The notes beneath the pieces are model-generated. The model searched no databases and was not told the DNA's origin. It worked only from the letters and a program-made list of their open reading frames with translations. A stretch of 57,861 bases of DNA, taken from a virus (lineage: Duplodnaviria; Caudoviricetes). The position numbers and the translations under genes are program-made. The stretch spans positions 1 to 57,861 of IMG/VR virus record IMGVR_UViG_3300048996_000092. One strand, given 5' to 3'. This document shows, in pieces, positions 1-8,821 of this stretch (its first letter is position 1; the number at the start of each line of letters is the position of its first letter).

Positions 1-820
1 CGCCGCCATTCCGCGTCCAAAGGATGGCGCTGCTGGTGTTGACGGGGTGGATGGCCGCGACGGTGTGGATGGCAAGTCGGTTTCTCTGGACGACGTTCGC
101 CCGCTCGTTGCTGAGGCGGTTGACGCGATTCCGCGGCCCAAGGACGGAGCTGACGGCAAGGACGGCGCAGATGGCCGTGACGGCCTTGACGGGAAGTCCG
201 TGTCACCTGAGGACATGCAGCGGCTGATTGCTACGGAAGTCAGCCGACTACCCGCCCCAAAGGATGGGGCGCCGGGCCTTGATGGCCGCGACGGTGTGGA
301 TGGTGTCAACGGAAAAGACGGCGCCAACGGCACGTCGGTAACTCTGCAGGAGGTGCGCGGCTTTCTGGAAGCGGAACTGGCGCGCTGGGAACTGGACATG
401 GAGCGCCGCGGCTTCGAAGTCATTCAGCGGGCCTTGGACCGAATCGAAAAGCCCAAGGATGGCGCGCCCGGCAAAGACGGCAAAGACGGCAGAGACGCGC
501 TGGATCTTGAACACTTCGACGTCGTCAAGAGCGAAGACGGCCGCACACTGACTTTCGTGCTAACGCGCGGCGATGATCGAGCCGAAAAGGCCGTCGTGCT
601 CGACAGCCCCGTTTACCGCGGAATCTGGAAGCCCGCTTCATACAAACGCGGCGACTGGGTGACGTTCGGCGGATCAATCTTTGCCGCGACACGTGACACC
701 GATTCCAAACCGGAGACCAACGACAGCTGGAAACTGTGCATCAAGCGCGGCCGTGATGGAAAAGACGCCACGCCGCGTGACCCGCAGGTACCGCGTCGCG
801 TCGTAGTCGGGGGGCGCTGA
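1..820 (+). CDS. Collagen-like (Gly-X-Y) repeat virion/head-associated protein, 5'-truncated by window
   Basis: Repeated PKDG/GxDGxDG blocks; frame is open from the window start; lies directly before head-tail connector genes. Confidence 0.8.
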   Translation, partial: AAIPRPKDGAAGVDGVDGRDGVDGKSVSLDDVRPLVAEAVDAIPRPKDGADGKDGADGRDGLDGKSVSPEDMQRLIATEVSRLPAPKDGAPGLDGRDGVDGVNGKDGANGTSVTLQEVRGFLEAELARWELDMERRGFEVIQRALDRIEKPKDGAPGKDGKDGRDALDLEHFDVVKSEDGRTLTFVLTRGDDRAEKAVVLDSPVYRGIWKPASYKRGDWVTFGGSIFAATRDTDSKPETNDSWKLCIKRGRDGKDATPRDPQVPRRVVVGGR

Positions 821-1152
821 TGGTCATGCTCGTTGAGTTGGCACAAGTGAAGGCGCGTCTACGGTTCGACCACGAGGAGGAGGACGCGGATATTGAATTC
901 GCCATCAAGAGCGCGTCCGCGGCGGTTATGAACTATCTCAAGCTTGATCACGACTTCTACACGGATTCGTTCAATTCCTCGGGCGAAGTCTCAACCAATG
1001 TTCCGGAGGAAGTGGCCCAGGCCGTGATTACGCTCGTCGGCATTTGGAAGCGCGATCCAGCCGGAGCGGAAATGAGGGATTGGGAAATGGGCTACCTGCC
1101 GCGCCCGGTCATGGCAATCCTGTACCCGTTGCGCGATCCGGCGATGCAATGA
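820..1152 (+). CDS. Head-tail connector (HK97 gp6-like)
   Basis: LVELAQVKARLRFDHEEEDADI..SASAAVMNYL; C-terminal LPRPVMAILYPLRDP. Confidence 0.85.
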   Translation: MVMLVELAQVKARLRFDHEEEDADIEFAIKSASAAVMNYLKLDHDFYTDSFNSSGEVSTNVPEEVAQAVITLVGIWKRDPAGAEMRDWEMGYLPRPVMAILYPLRDPAMQ

Positions 1153-1460
1153 ACGCCGCGTGCCTGGAAGTCATGGCGAGCATTGGTGTGATCGCCACCA
1201 TCATGACGTTCGTCGCGATCGCGGTGTACTTTGTGGACAAGTTCCAGACCGACGACAACGGCACTGGCGTCAAAGACATGCCGCGGGCACTCGGCGTTGC
1301 CAAACCGGGCGACGTAGTAATCCTCGAGGTTCCTGGCGCGGTGTCTGTCGAAGCGCACCAGCGCTACATGCAAGCCCTGGACGCCATGAACACCGGCGTC
1401 AAGTTTGTACTTCTGAGTGATGGCGTGCGCCTTGCGCGCGTGGGATCGGATGAGCCTTGA
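1149..1460 (+). CDS. Small membrane-anchored hypothetical protein
   Basis: ATGA overlap with gp6-like stop; one N-terminal hydrophobic helix. Confidence 0.55.
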   Translation: MNAACLEVMASIGVIATIMTFVAIAVYFVDKFQTDDNGTGVKDMPRALGVAKPGDVVILEVPGAVSVEAHQRYMQALDAMNTGVKFVLLSDGVRLARVGSDEP

Positions 1461-1794
1461 CCCTGGCCGCCTGCGCCATCGCGTCACAATTCAAAGGCCC
1501 GTCACAGTTCAGAATGTCACCACCGGAGAACTCAGTACGTCCTGGGCGACCGTAGTCGCCAACATTGCAGCGGCCATCGAACCACTGAGTGTCCGCGAGT
1601 TCATCGCCGCGCAGGGAATGCAAAGTGAGATCACGGCAAGGATTGTCATTCGATATCGCGCCGGCCTCACGGCGGAAATGCGGATCGTTCACGGATCGAG
1701 GGTCTACAACCCGCAAGGCTGGCTGGCAGATGCAGACAGCGGGCTGGAGTACCTGACGGCGCCGTGCTCTGAGGGTGTGAACGACGGCCAATGA
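1450..1794 (+). CDS. Head closure / head-tail adaptor (SPP1 gp16-like)
   Basis: GRLRHRVTIQRP, PLSVREFIAA, RIVIRYRAGLTAEMRI motifs. Confidence 0.9.
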   Translation: MSLDPGRLRHRVTIQRPVTVQNVTTGELSTSWATVVANIAAAIEPLSVREFIAAQGMQSEITARIVIRYRAGLTAEMRIVHGSRVYNPQGWLADADSGLEYLTAPCSEGVNDGQ

Positions 1795-2897
1795 GCACGT
1801 TCGCGGTGCTCGGCACCGGCCCTTCCATGAGTCAGGGGCTAGCCGACCTCGTACGAGACAAGTGCCGCGTTGTTGCCGTCTCCGACTCATACAAGCTGGC
1901 GCCATGGGCGGACGCCTTGGTCAGTAACGACCGTGCGTGGTGGAAGCAGCATCCCGAAGCCATGAAGTTCGCCGGCAGGAAGTTCGCGGGCGCGAAGTTG
2001 AGCGGCACCGAATACCTGATGGCCACTGGCATCTATCGAGCTGGGTCCAACAGCGGCCTGCAAGGACTGCGCGTCGCGGAAATGCTGGGGGCGACCCGCA
2101 TTCTGTTGCTGGGCTTCGACATGCGCGGCTCGCACTTCTTTGGTGAACACCCCTCGCCCCTGCGAAACACCACAGCAAAACGGTTCGCCGCGCACATCGC
2201 GCAGTTCAAGGGATGGTACGGAACGAAGGTGATCAACTGCACGCCGGGGTCGGCCCTCACGGCTTTCCCCATGATGGACATTCGTGAGGCACTGAGCCTG
2301 AAGTCAGATTCGGCGGGAGGCAAACGCGCGGCTGAAACAAAGGCTGCGACTGCGCCGGTATGCCGCCCCTCTTCGACCGATTCGGCGCTGGTCTCAGAAA
2401 GACACGCGCGGCTGTATCGCGACTACTACGCGCAAAGACACATCGAGCCGCGCCCGAGTGGCTGGCTGGATCGGGTCGAGCAACTAGCATCGAGCCTGGA
2501 GGCGGCAAGCATCATTGACTACGGATGCGGCGCGGCCCGCGGCATATCGCGATTCTCCAGGTTCACCGTAGTTGATTACGATCCTGGACTCCCACAGTGC
2601 GCGGCCATTCCTCAGCCCGCGGACCTCGTGGTCAGCATTCACGCGCTTGAACACGTTGAGCCCAACTGCGTGGATACGGTGATCGACCACATGTTGGCGC
2701 TCGCCAGGAAAGCCGTGCTCATCACGGTTTCCTGTGAGCCATCAACCAAGAAATTGCCAGATGGTTCGCCATGGCATTGCTTTGTCCAAAGCGCGGACTG
2801 GTGGCGGCGCCGTCTTTCGTCCTTCGAACCGCAACCCGTATTGAAGGATCGCATTGGCGCGGAATACGCGGCGATCTACAGGCACAAACCACAATGA
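1791..2897 (+). CDS. Fusion: Maf/DUF115-like glycosyltransferase-type domain plus class I SAM methyltransferase
   Basis: N-term VLGTGPS, NSGLQGL..A..LGATRILLLGFDM; C-term IIDYGCGAA, HALEHVEP; Ala/Ser-rich linker. Confidence 0.7.
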   Translation: MSTFAVLGTGPSMSQGLADLVRDKCRVVAVSDSYKLAPWADALVSNDRAWWKQHPEAMKFAGRKFAGAKLSGTEYLMATGIYRAGSNSGLQGLRVAEMLGATRILLLGFDMRGSHFFGEHPSPLRNTTAKRFAAHIAQFKGWYGTKVINCTPGSALTAFPMMDIREALSLKSDSAGGKRAAETKAATAPVCRPSSTDSALVSERHARLYRDYYAQRHIEPRPSGWLDRVEQLASSLEAASIIDYGCGAARGISRFSRFTVVDYDPGLPQCAAIPQPADLVVSIHALEHVEPNCVDTVIDHMLALARKAVLITVSCEPSTKKLPDGSPWHCFVQSADWWRRRLSSFEPQPVLKDRIGAEYAAIYRHKPQ

Positions 2898-3883
2898 CGC
2901 AATTCAAGAACCGCACCGTGCTGGTCACCGGCGCGGGCGGCTCGATTGGCACTCACTTGTGCCGAATCATTGTCAGTCAGAACGCCCGTGAACTACGGCT
3001 GCTGAGTGTTAGCGAAAACGCGCTGTACAACGTCGAGCGCTCGTTGCGCCGCGAGTACCAGAAATACCGCGATACGAAGTTGGTGCCGATCCTGGGAAGC
3101 GCCTGCGACGATCAGCTGTTGCACGAATCCCTGGCAGACGTGGATGTGATCATTCACGCCGCGGCTCACAAGCATGTGCCGCTGTGTGAGGCCAATCCAT
3201 TTGAGGCGATCACCAACAACGTTGGCAGCGCGTGGACTCTCATGTGGGCGGCCTTCCGCGCTCGCGTGCCGCAGCTGTGCGTCATTTCAACCGACAAGGC
3301 GGTGAACGCGAAGTCTGTGATGGGCGCGACCAAGCGTCTGTCGGAGATCATGCTGCAGGACGTTCCGCGGGCTGACGTGTTCACTGACTGCTTCGTGGTC
3401 AGGTTCGGCAACGTCATGGACTCGGCGGGATCTGTACTGCCGCTGTGGCGCGAACAGTTAGCCGCGGGTGAGCCCATCACGCTGACGCATGAACTGTGCG
3501 AGCGTTATTTCATGTCCATCGAGCAGGCCGCCGGCTTGGTGTGTGACGTGGTCGCCCTTAAGCCACGTGGTGGCACATATGTGCTGGATATGGGCAAGCC
3601 GGTGAGCCTGAAGAGTCTCGCCGAGCAGATGCTGAAATCGGCGCGCAGTGCGATGCCAATTCAAATCATTGGCCTACGCCCAGGTGAAAAGCTGACCGAG
3701 GAATTGCACTTCGGTGGGGAGCTTCACCAAACCGCCGTTGCGAAGGTTTTCCGCGTTCAGGAGACCAACCATCGGCCGCGGGTTACGCGGGATGACATTG
3801 AAAACCTGCTGACGCTATCAGCGCTTCGAAGCCCGCAAGCATTGCCACTGCTGTGGCGTTTGATAGGTGGTCAGCATGGCTGA
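2894..3883 (+). CDS. UDP-GlcNAc 4,6-dehydratase-like SDR (CapD/PglF/Polysacc_synt_2 family), soluble form
   Basis: VLVTGAGGSIG, HAAAHKHVP, STDKAV, MGATK (Met-type catalytic motif), VRFGNV, GLRPGEKLTEEL. Confidence 0.92.
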   Translation: MTQFKNRTVLVTGAGGSIGTHLCRIIVSQNARELRLLSVSENALYNVERSLRREYQKYRDTKLVPILGSACDDQLLHESLADVDVIIHAAAHKHVPLCEANPFEAITNNVGSAWTLMWAAFRARVPQLCVISTDKAVNAKSVMGATKRLSEIMLQDVPRADVFTDCFVVRFGNVMDSAGSVLPLWREQLAAGEPITLTHELCERYFMSIEQAAGLVCDVVALKPRGGTYVLDMGKPVSLKSLAEQMLKSARSAMPIQIIGLRPGEKLTEELHFGGELHQTAVAKVFRVQETNHRPRVTRDDIENLLTLSALRSPQALPLLWRLIGGQHG

Positions 3884-4580
3884 GGCATTCAAGGTTGACC
3901 CGGCATGGACGGACAAGGATTCCAAGGTGGAGGAATTTCGGCAGCTGTACGAGACGCGCGAGTTCATGGATGCCTACGCGGCGCACACGGATATCAGATT
4001 GAAGGCCGACCCGAAGAGCGCCATCGGCCGTAGTGATGAGTGGGAATCTCACGGCGCGATGCAGTTGAAGTTTTTGAGACGCCGCGGCATGAAGCCATCG
4101 AGCAGGTTGCTGGACATAGGGTGTGGCCCTGGGCGCGCAGCGCGGCACTTGGTGCCGTACTTGGATAGCTGCAACTACATCGGCGTTGATATATCGGCGG
4201 CGTGCCTTGAGCACGCGAACGCCCTGGCCCGCGGGGAGGGGTGGGAGGACAAGTGGCCGACGTTCATTCGCAACGGCGACCTGGACATCGACGCGCCACC
4301 GGCATTTGACTTCATGTGGGCGCATTCCGTGTTCACGCATCTGCCCGCAGCGCAGATTGAAGTCATGGTTTCCAATGCGGCGCCGCGGTTGAAGAGCGAC
4401 GGGCAGCTGCTGTTCACGTACAAGCACAGCGATCAACCGGAACGGGTGGGGCTGAAGCAGTTCAAGTATCCGTTCGCCGTGTTCGAGGAGATCGCGATAC
4501 GCCACGGGCTACTGGCGACATTGTTGGATGTGCGTTGGCCGGCGAAGCAACGTACCGGCCTCATGGCGAAGCCGCTATGA
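3876..4580 (+). CDS. Class I SAM-dependent methyltransferase
   Basis: LLDIGCGPGR, YIGVDIS, FDFMWAHSVFTHLP. Confidence 0.88.
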   Translation: MAEAFKVDPAWTDKDSKVEEFRQLYETREFMDAYAAHTDIRLKADPKSAIGRSDEWESHGAMQLKFLRRRGMKPSSRLLDIGCGPGRAARHLVPYLDSCNYIGVDISAACLEHANALARGEGWEDKWPTFIRNGDLDIDAPPAFDFMWAHSVFTHLPAAQIEVMVSNAAPRLKSDGQLLFTYKHSDQPERVGLKQFKYPFAVFEEIAIRHGLLATLLDVRWPAKQRTGLMAKPL

Positions 4581-5329
4581 CACTGACCGATGTGACCCTG
4601 GTCGTGCCGTTCTATCGAAACGGAGCAATGCTGGCGCGTCAAATCGCAGAGTGGGAGTTGTATCCGCCGGGCGTTCAGGTCCTGGTCGTTGACGACGGAA
4701 GCCCAGACCCGGCGCGGCCCATCATTGAGCAACACGCGTCCGCCAGTCTGCGCGAGCGGTTGTCGCTGCTACGAATCAAAATCGACATTCCATGGAATCG
4801 CGAAGAGGCGCGCAACCTGGGGACCCTGCAAGCGCGCACAGACTGGGTGATTCACGTGGACATTGATCACGTGTTGCCGCGCGCCTCGGCGAGCGCGCTA
4901 TTTGAATTCCAACCAAAGCCGCGGCACTGGTATCGGTTTCCGCGGTGGCGAAACGGCAAGGCCGACGAGACACGGAGGAAGGACGCCATTCCAGACGACT
5001 GCGAGTTCGGCCGCATACACGAGCACGTTGACAGCTACCTGATAGGCGCGGACCTGTACGCGGAAGTGGGCGGTTACGACTTGCGATTTTCCGGGTGTCT
5101 CGGCGGCGGCAGTGACTTTCTGAAGCGCCTCTCCGCAATCTCACCGCCACAAATGATGCCGGACCCCGTGTGCCTGCACGTGTACACCCGCGGCGTAGTC
5201 AAGGACGCATCGGACTGGTGCTTGAGTCGCGATACAACGGAAGGCAAACGCCGCGCGCGCGCCAAGCGTCTGAGCGGACAGCCATACAAGAAGTGCGAAG
5301 TTCGGTCGGCATGGGAGCGTGTGCTTTGA
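4577..5329 (+). CDS. Glycosyltransferase, GT-A fold (GT2-like)
   Basis: VVPFYRN, VVDDGS, ARNLG, DxD (VDIDH), VGGYD. Confidence 0.85.
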   Translation: MTLTDVTLVVPFYRNGAMLARQIAEWELYPPGVQVLVVDDGSPDPARPIIEQHASASLRERLSLLRIKIDIPWNREEARNLGTLQARTDWVIHVDIDHVLPRASASALFEFQPKPRHWYRFPRWRNGKADETRRKDAIPDDCEFGRIHEHVDSYLIGADLYAEVGGYDLRFSGCLGGGSDFLKRLSAISPPQMMPDPVCLHVYTRGVVKDASDWCLSRDTTEGKRRARAKRLSGQPYKKCEVRSAWERVL

Positions 5330-5979
5330 GTGAGTACCCGAAATGTCTTGGTGAGCATGAAACGATCCGCATGGCCAACACTGGTCGAAGTCTTTCGCGC
5401 CTGGGCGACGGCGAAATCAAGATTGCGTTCGGCCACGGGATTGGCCGCGAGCCACGTAATCGCAAACTCACGGAGGAGATTCGGTCGATTATTTTCAAGC
5501 CTGCGCGCGGCCTGTTGGTCGGAATTCCGACAATGGACCCGAATGGCTGTCGCTTCTGGAATTGGTCGCGGCACATTCAAAGATACGCCAACCTTCTCCC
5601 ATCAGACGTGCTGTTCTATTCCGCGTTCGTCGCGCGTCCCGACTGCGCGCAGTGGATCGACAACAAAGAGTACGTTGCCGGCGTCGCCGCGCTGTGGAAG
5701 GACAAGCGCGTCACCGTTGTCGCCGAAGCCAACGGCTCGATGATCAAGGCAGTGGAGTACGGCGCACGGGAGATCATTCACGTCGAATGCCCAGTTCGCG
5801 AGGCGTACGCGGTCATTGACCAGCTGGAGGCTGACGTTGTGAAGAGCAAGCCGGAAATCACCATCATGGCGGCCGGCGCAACGGCAACCTGTCTTGCTAA
5901 CCGTCTCCAGCGCCGCGGAATGCATGCGATGGACCTTGGCACCGGCGGCAAGTTCTTCCAACGCTGGCTAGTCTCGTGA
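5326..5979 (+). CDS. GT-D fold glycosyltransferase (DUF1792-like)
   Basis: SLSRLGDGE, LLVGIP, AAGATATCLA, AMDLG; probable TTG start in a TTGA overlap. Confidence 0.75.
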   Translation: MSEYPKCLGEHETIRMANTGRSLSRLGDGEIKIAFGHGIGREPRNRKLTEEIRSIIFKPARGLLVGIPTMDPNGCRFWNWSRHIQRYANLLPSDVLFYSAFVARPDCAQWIDNKEYVAGVAALWKDKRVTVVAEANGSMIKAVEYGAREIIHVECPVREAYAVIDQLEADVVKSKPEITIMAAGATATCLANRLQRRGMHAMDLGTGGKFFQRWLVS

Positions 5980-6755
5980 ACTTTGTCGTTTGGATCTGGA
6001 AAGGCAATCGGAAGTACGAGGCGGAACACGTCAACCATTTGTATCGGCAGTTGGACCGCGTGTGCCCCGGTCGATTCACGCTGACATGCGTAACAGATGA
6101 CACCAGCGGGTTCCACAGCAAAATCCGCGTAGTTGAGACGCCGCCTGCAGCCCGCGCTCTGCGCTACCTGCTGACACCTGAGAAGGCCAACTTCCCCAGC
6201 TGCTATCCGCGGCTGTGGATGTTCTCTGAGGAGGCGCGACTGCTTGGCGAGCGAGTGATGCTCATCGACGTGGACTTGGTATTTACGGCGGACCCGAGCC
6301 CGTTGTGGCAACGACATGAAGAGTTCGTCGGATGGCGACCAATGCGAACCTGGGGGCGAGAAACCCGGTTTGGCGGTGGCATCTATCTGCTGACAACGGG
6401 CACTCGAACCGACGTGTGGACGTCCTTCAAGGGCGCAGAGTCAATCAAGCTGGCGCGCGCCGCCGGCCTTCGCGGCAGCGATCAAGCTTGGCTGAGCTAT
6501 TGCCTCGCTTCCAAAGAGGCGATGTGGCCGCGCAATTCAGGAATCTACAGCGTGCGCGACCTGACCCACGAGCTGAAACGCGCACGTGTCGTGAAGCGCA
6601 CTAAGCCGCCCCTGAGCCTGCCGGCTGACGCGCTGATTGTTCAGTTCAACGGCCCGGACAAACCCTGGCACATCGACGCGCATTCGCGTCACGAATGGTT
6701 ACGTACTCACTTCATTCAACCATCCAATGGCAGCGCAATACGTCAAGGGGCTTGA
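5976..6755 (+). CDS. Glycosyltransferase, GT-A fold (GT8-like)
   Basis: TCVTDD, LIDVDLV (DxD), GSDQAWL, QFNGPDKPW. Confidence 0.8.
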   Translation: MNFVVWIWKGNRKYEAEHVNHLYRQLDRVCPGRFTLTCVTDDTSGFHSKIRVVETPPAARALRYLLTPEKANFPSCYPRLWMFSEEARLLGERVMLIDVDLVFTADPSPLWQRHEEFVGWRPMRTWGRETRFGGGIYLLTTGTRTDVWTSFKGAESIKLARAAGLRGSDQAWLSYCLASKEAMWPRNSGIYSVRDLTHELKRARVVKRTKPPLSLPADALIVQFNGPDKPWHIDAHSRHEWLRTHFIQPSNGSAIRQGA

Positions 6756-7215
6756 CGGAATACTGGCAACGCTGAAGGCGCTGCCACCGCACATTGTTTC
6801 AAAGGCCGGCGGTCCGGTACGCGGCGCGCTCCGAAAGGGCGCTGTTGTATTTCAGAAAGCCTACCAAGAGAACATCCGCGCCATCATTGAGGAGCCCAAC
6901 AAAGACGGCAGCACTCCGGACACGTCAGGCACGTTGGTCAAGTCAGTGATCATCAGCCGCGGCAAGTATCGCGCGGGCTTTCAGGGCGAGACGTTCAAGG
7001 TGCGAATCAAGCGCGGCGTAAAGGCGCCGAACGGCCAGAGCGTCAACAAATACGCCGGTGTTCTGGAGTTTGGCTATGAGGGGGTGCCGGCGAAGGCGCC
7101 GATGCGCAAAGCATACGAAGCAAACAAGGCCGCGGCGCTCGCGGTGATTGTCAGTGAAATGAAGAAGCGCACCGATGCAGCTGCGCGTAAGGCTCGCAAA
7201 CAGGGGTTCAAATGA
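6727..7215 (+). CDS. HK97 gp10-like neck/tail-completion protein
   Basis: VKGLDGIL..LKALP, VRGALRKGA, SGTLVKS, LEFG..PAKAPMRKAYE. Confidence 0.85.
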   Translation: MAAQYVKGLDGILATLKALPPHIVSKAGGPVRGALRKGAVVFQKAYQENIRAIIEEPNKDGSTPDTSGTLVKSVIISRGKYRAGFQGETFKVRIKRGVKAPNGQSVNKYAGVLEFGYEGVPAKAPMRKAYEANKAAALAVIVSEMKKRTDAAARKARKQGFK

Positions 7216-7586
7216 CGCCATCAATCTTTGCGCTTGTGGCGGCGTCACCCGCATGTGTTGCGCTGATCGGTACGCCGCCGCTGATGCGGTTCTACTCATT
7301 CGCCGAGGCTCAGCAGCCTACCGCGCGGCCATACGCGGTGTGGCAAATGGTCACGTCGGTGCCGGCCAACTACCTCGGCCAACTGCCAGACACCGATGAC
7401 GCCCGTGTGCAGGTTGACGTTTACGCGGACAGCCAGGCCACCGCCAACGCGCTGGCCATTGCAGTTCGCGATGCCATAGAGCCGCACGCTCACATGATCA
7501 ACGCGTCAGACCGCGCACGCGACCCGGTGACGCGCTCATACGGTTACCTGATGGAGTTTGAATTCTTCACGCCGCGCGACACCTGA
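7212..7586 (+). CDS. Tail terminator (DUF3168-like)
   Basis: RPYAVWQMV..PANYL, RVQVDVYA; position before tail tube. Confidence 0.85.
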   Translation: MTPSIFALVAASPACVALIGTPPLMRFYSFAEAQQPTARPYAVWQMVTSVPANYLGQLPDTDDARVQVDVYADSQATANALAIAVRDAIEPHAHMINASDRARDPVTRSYGYLMEFEFFTPRDT

Positions 7587-7614
7587 CAACGTCGTGCCAC
7601 ACGATTGATCCACC

Positions 7615-7645
7615 AAACCCGGCCTAGCGCCGGGTTTTTTGTTTT
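7615..7645 (+). terminator. Intrinsic terminator
   Basis: AAACCCGGC-CTAGC-GCCGGGTTT followed by a T tract. Confidence 0.75.
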
Positions 7646-7668
7646 CCGCCACAGAGGAACGAAGCACC

Positions 7669-8172
7669 ATGGCCCTCAAGACCGCTCGAACGAGCTTGTA
7701 TTTTGTAGACCCCAATCCGGATAACACGTCAGGGGCAGCGGTCGTCGCGGTCGGATGCGTGACGAACCTAACCGGAATCGAAGCCGGCCGCGACCAGCTG
7801 GAGAACACGTGCCTTGAAGACAGCGCACGCAGTTACGAGGCAGGTCTCGCAACCCCCGGCGCCGCCACGTTCACGATCAACTTCGACCCACAGGACGAGT
7901 CGCACCGGCGCGTATACGAGCTGTGGCAGTCCGGCGAAACGCTGCAGTGGGCGGTCGGCCTCTCTGATGGCCCGGCATTTCCCGCCGCGTTGATTCCGCC
8001 AGAAATCGACACAGACGAAACGGGCTTCAACCTTCCTGATACGCGCAGCTGGATCACGTTTGAGGGCTACATCGCCAACGTGCCGCTGGATCTTGCGCTG
8101 AACGCGCTCGTCACGGCCAGCGTGACGCTGCAGATCAGCGACTTCCCTGTCGTTACGCCGAGGATTCCATGA
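7669..8172 (+). CDS. Major tail tube protein
   Basis: CVTNLTGI..RDQLENTCL..YEAGLATPG..FTINFDP; GAGGA RBS. Confidence 0.88.
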   Translation: MALKTARTSLYFVDPNPDNTSGAAVVAVGCVTNLTGIEAGRDQLENTCLEDSARSYEAGLATPGAATFTINFDPQDESHRRVYELWQSGETLQWAVGLSDGPAFPAALIPPEIDTDETGFNLPDTRSWITFEGYIANVPLDLALNALVTASVTLQISDFPVVTPRIP

Positions 8173-8582
8173 GCAAGTTCTTCAACGTTCGCACGCCGGT
8201 CTCGATCCGAATCGGTGAGCAGGCTCACACGTTCTACATCCGCGAGCTGGGATACCTACGGTTCATGGAAATGAACGCGAAAACCGGCGGTCCCGATACG
8301 CCTCGTGATGAGCGCGGCCTTGCATTGATGAAGGCAGTCTGTCTCGCCGCCATCGAGGAAGAGGACGGCACCCTCAGCTACACGGAAGACGATTGGCAAA
8401 ACGAGCTGCAGGAAGTAGTGCGCACGTTGTCCAGGGCCGCGATGAAAGCCCAGGGTGTGGACCTGGAAAAAAACAGGGCCCAGGCCGACGTCAGTGAGGA
8501 GGACGCCGAGGGAAACGCCGAGCCGTCGAGGAAGTCTGGTGCGAACTCGCACTCCACCTCGGCGGCACCGTCGGTGAACTGA
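8169..8582 (+). CDS. Tail assembly chaperone (lambda G-like)
   Basis: Between tail tube and tape measure genes; contains slippery heptamer G GGA AAC at 8510-8516. Confidence 0.8.
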   Translation: MSKFFNVRTPVSIRIGEQAHTFYIRELGYLRFMEMNAKTGGPDTPRDERGLALMKAVCLAAIEEEDGTLSYTEDDWQNELQEVVRTLSRAAMKAQGVDLEKNRAQADVSEEDAEGNAEPSRKSGANSHSTSAAPSVN

Positions 8583-8821
8583 AGCACCGAATGAGCGCGG
8601 CCGAATTTGGCCGCTGGATCGACTACTTCAACAAACACGGCCGAGTCGGACCTACGCGCATGTTCGACGGCGGCGCTGCCCTGATCGCGTGGAAGGTGGA
8701 TCACGTCATGGGCGGCAAAACGCAGATCAAAGACTACCTACCGTTCTATGTGGACCCGGAGCAAATCGCAACCGTGAACGACGTTATGAAGGCATTCGGC
8801 GGGATGACGTCGCGTGGCTAA
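8510..8821 (+). CDS. Tail assembly chaperone GT extension via -1 frameshift
   Basis: The -1 frame is open from GGGAAAC and reads LALHLGGTVGELKHRMSAAEFGRWIDY, a typical T-like motif. Confidence 0.8.
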   Translation, partial: GKRRAVEEVWCELALHLGGTVGELKHRMSAAEFGRWIDYFNKHGRVGPTRMFDGGAALIAWKVDHVMGGKTQIKDYLPFYVDPEQIATVNDVMKAFGGMTSRG

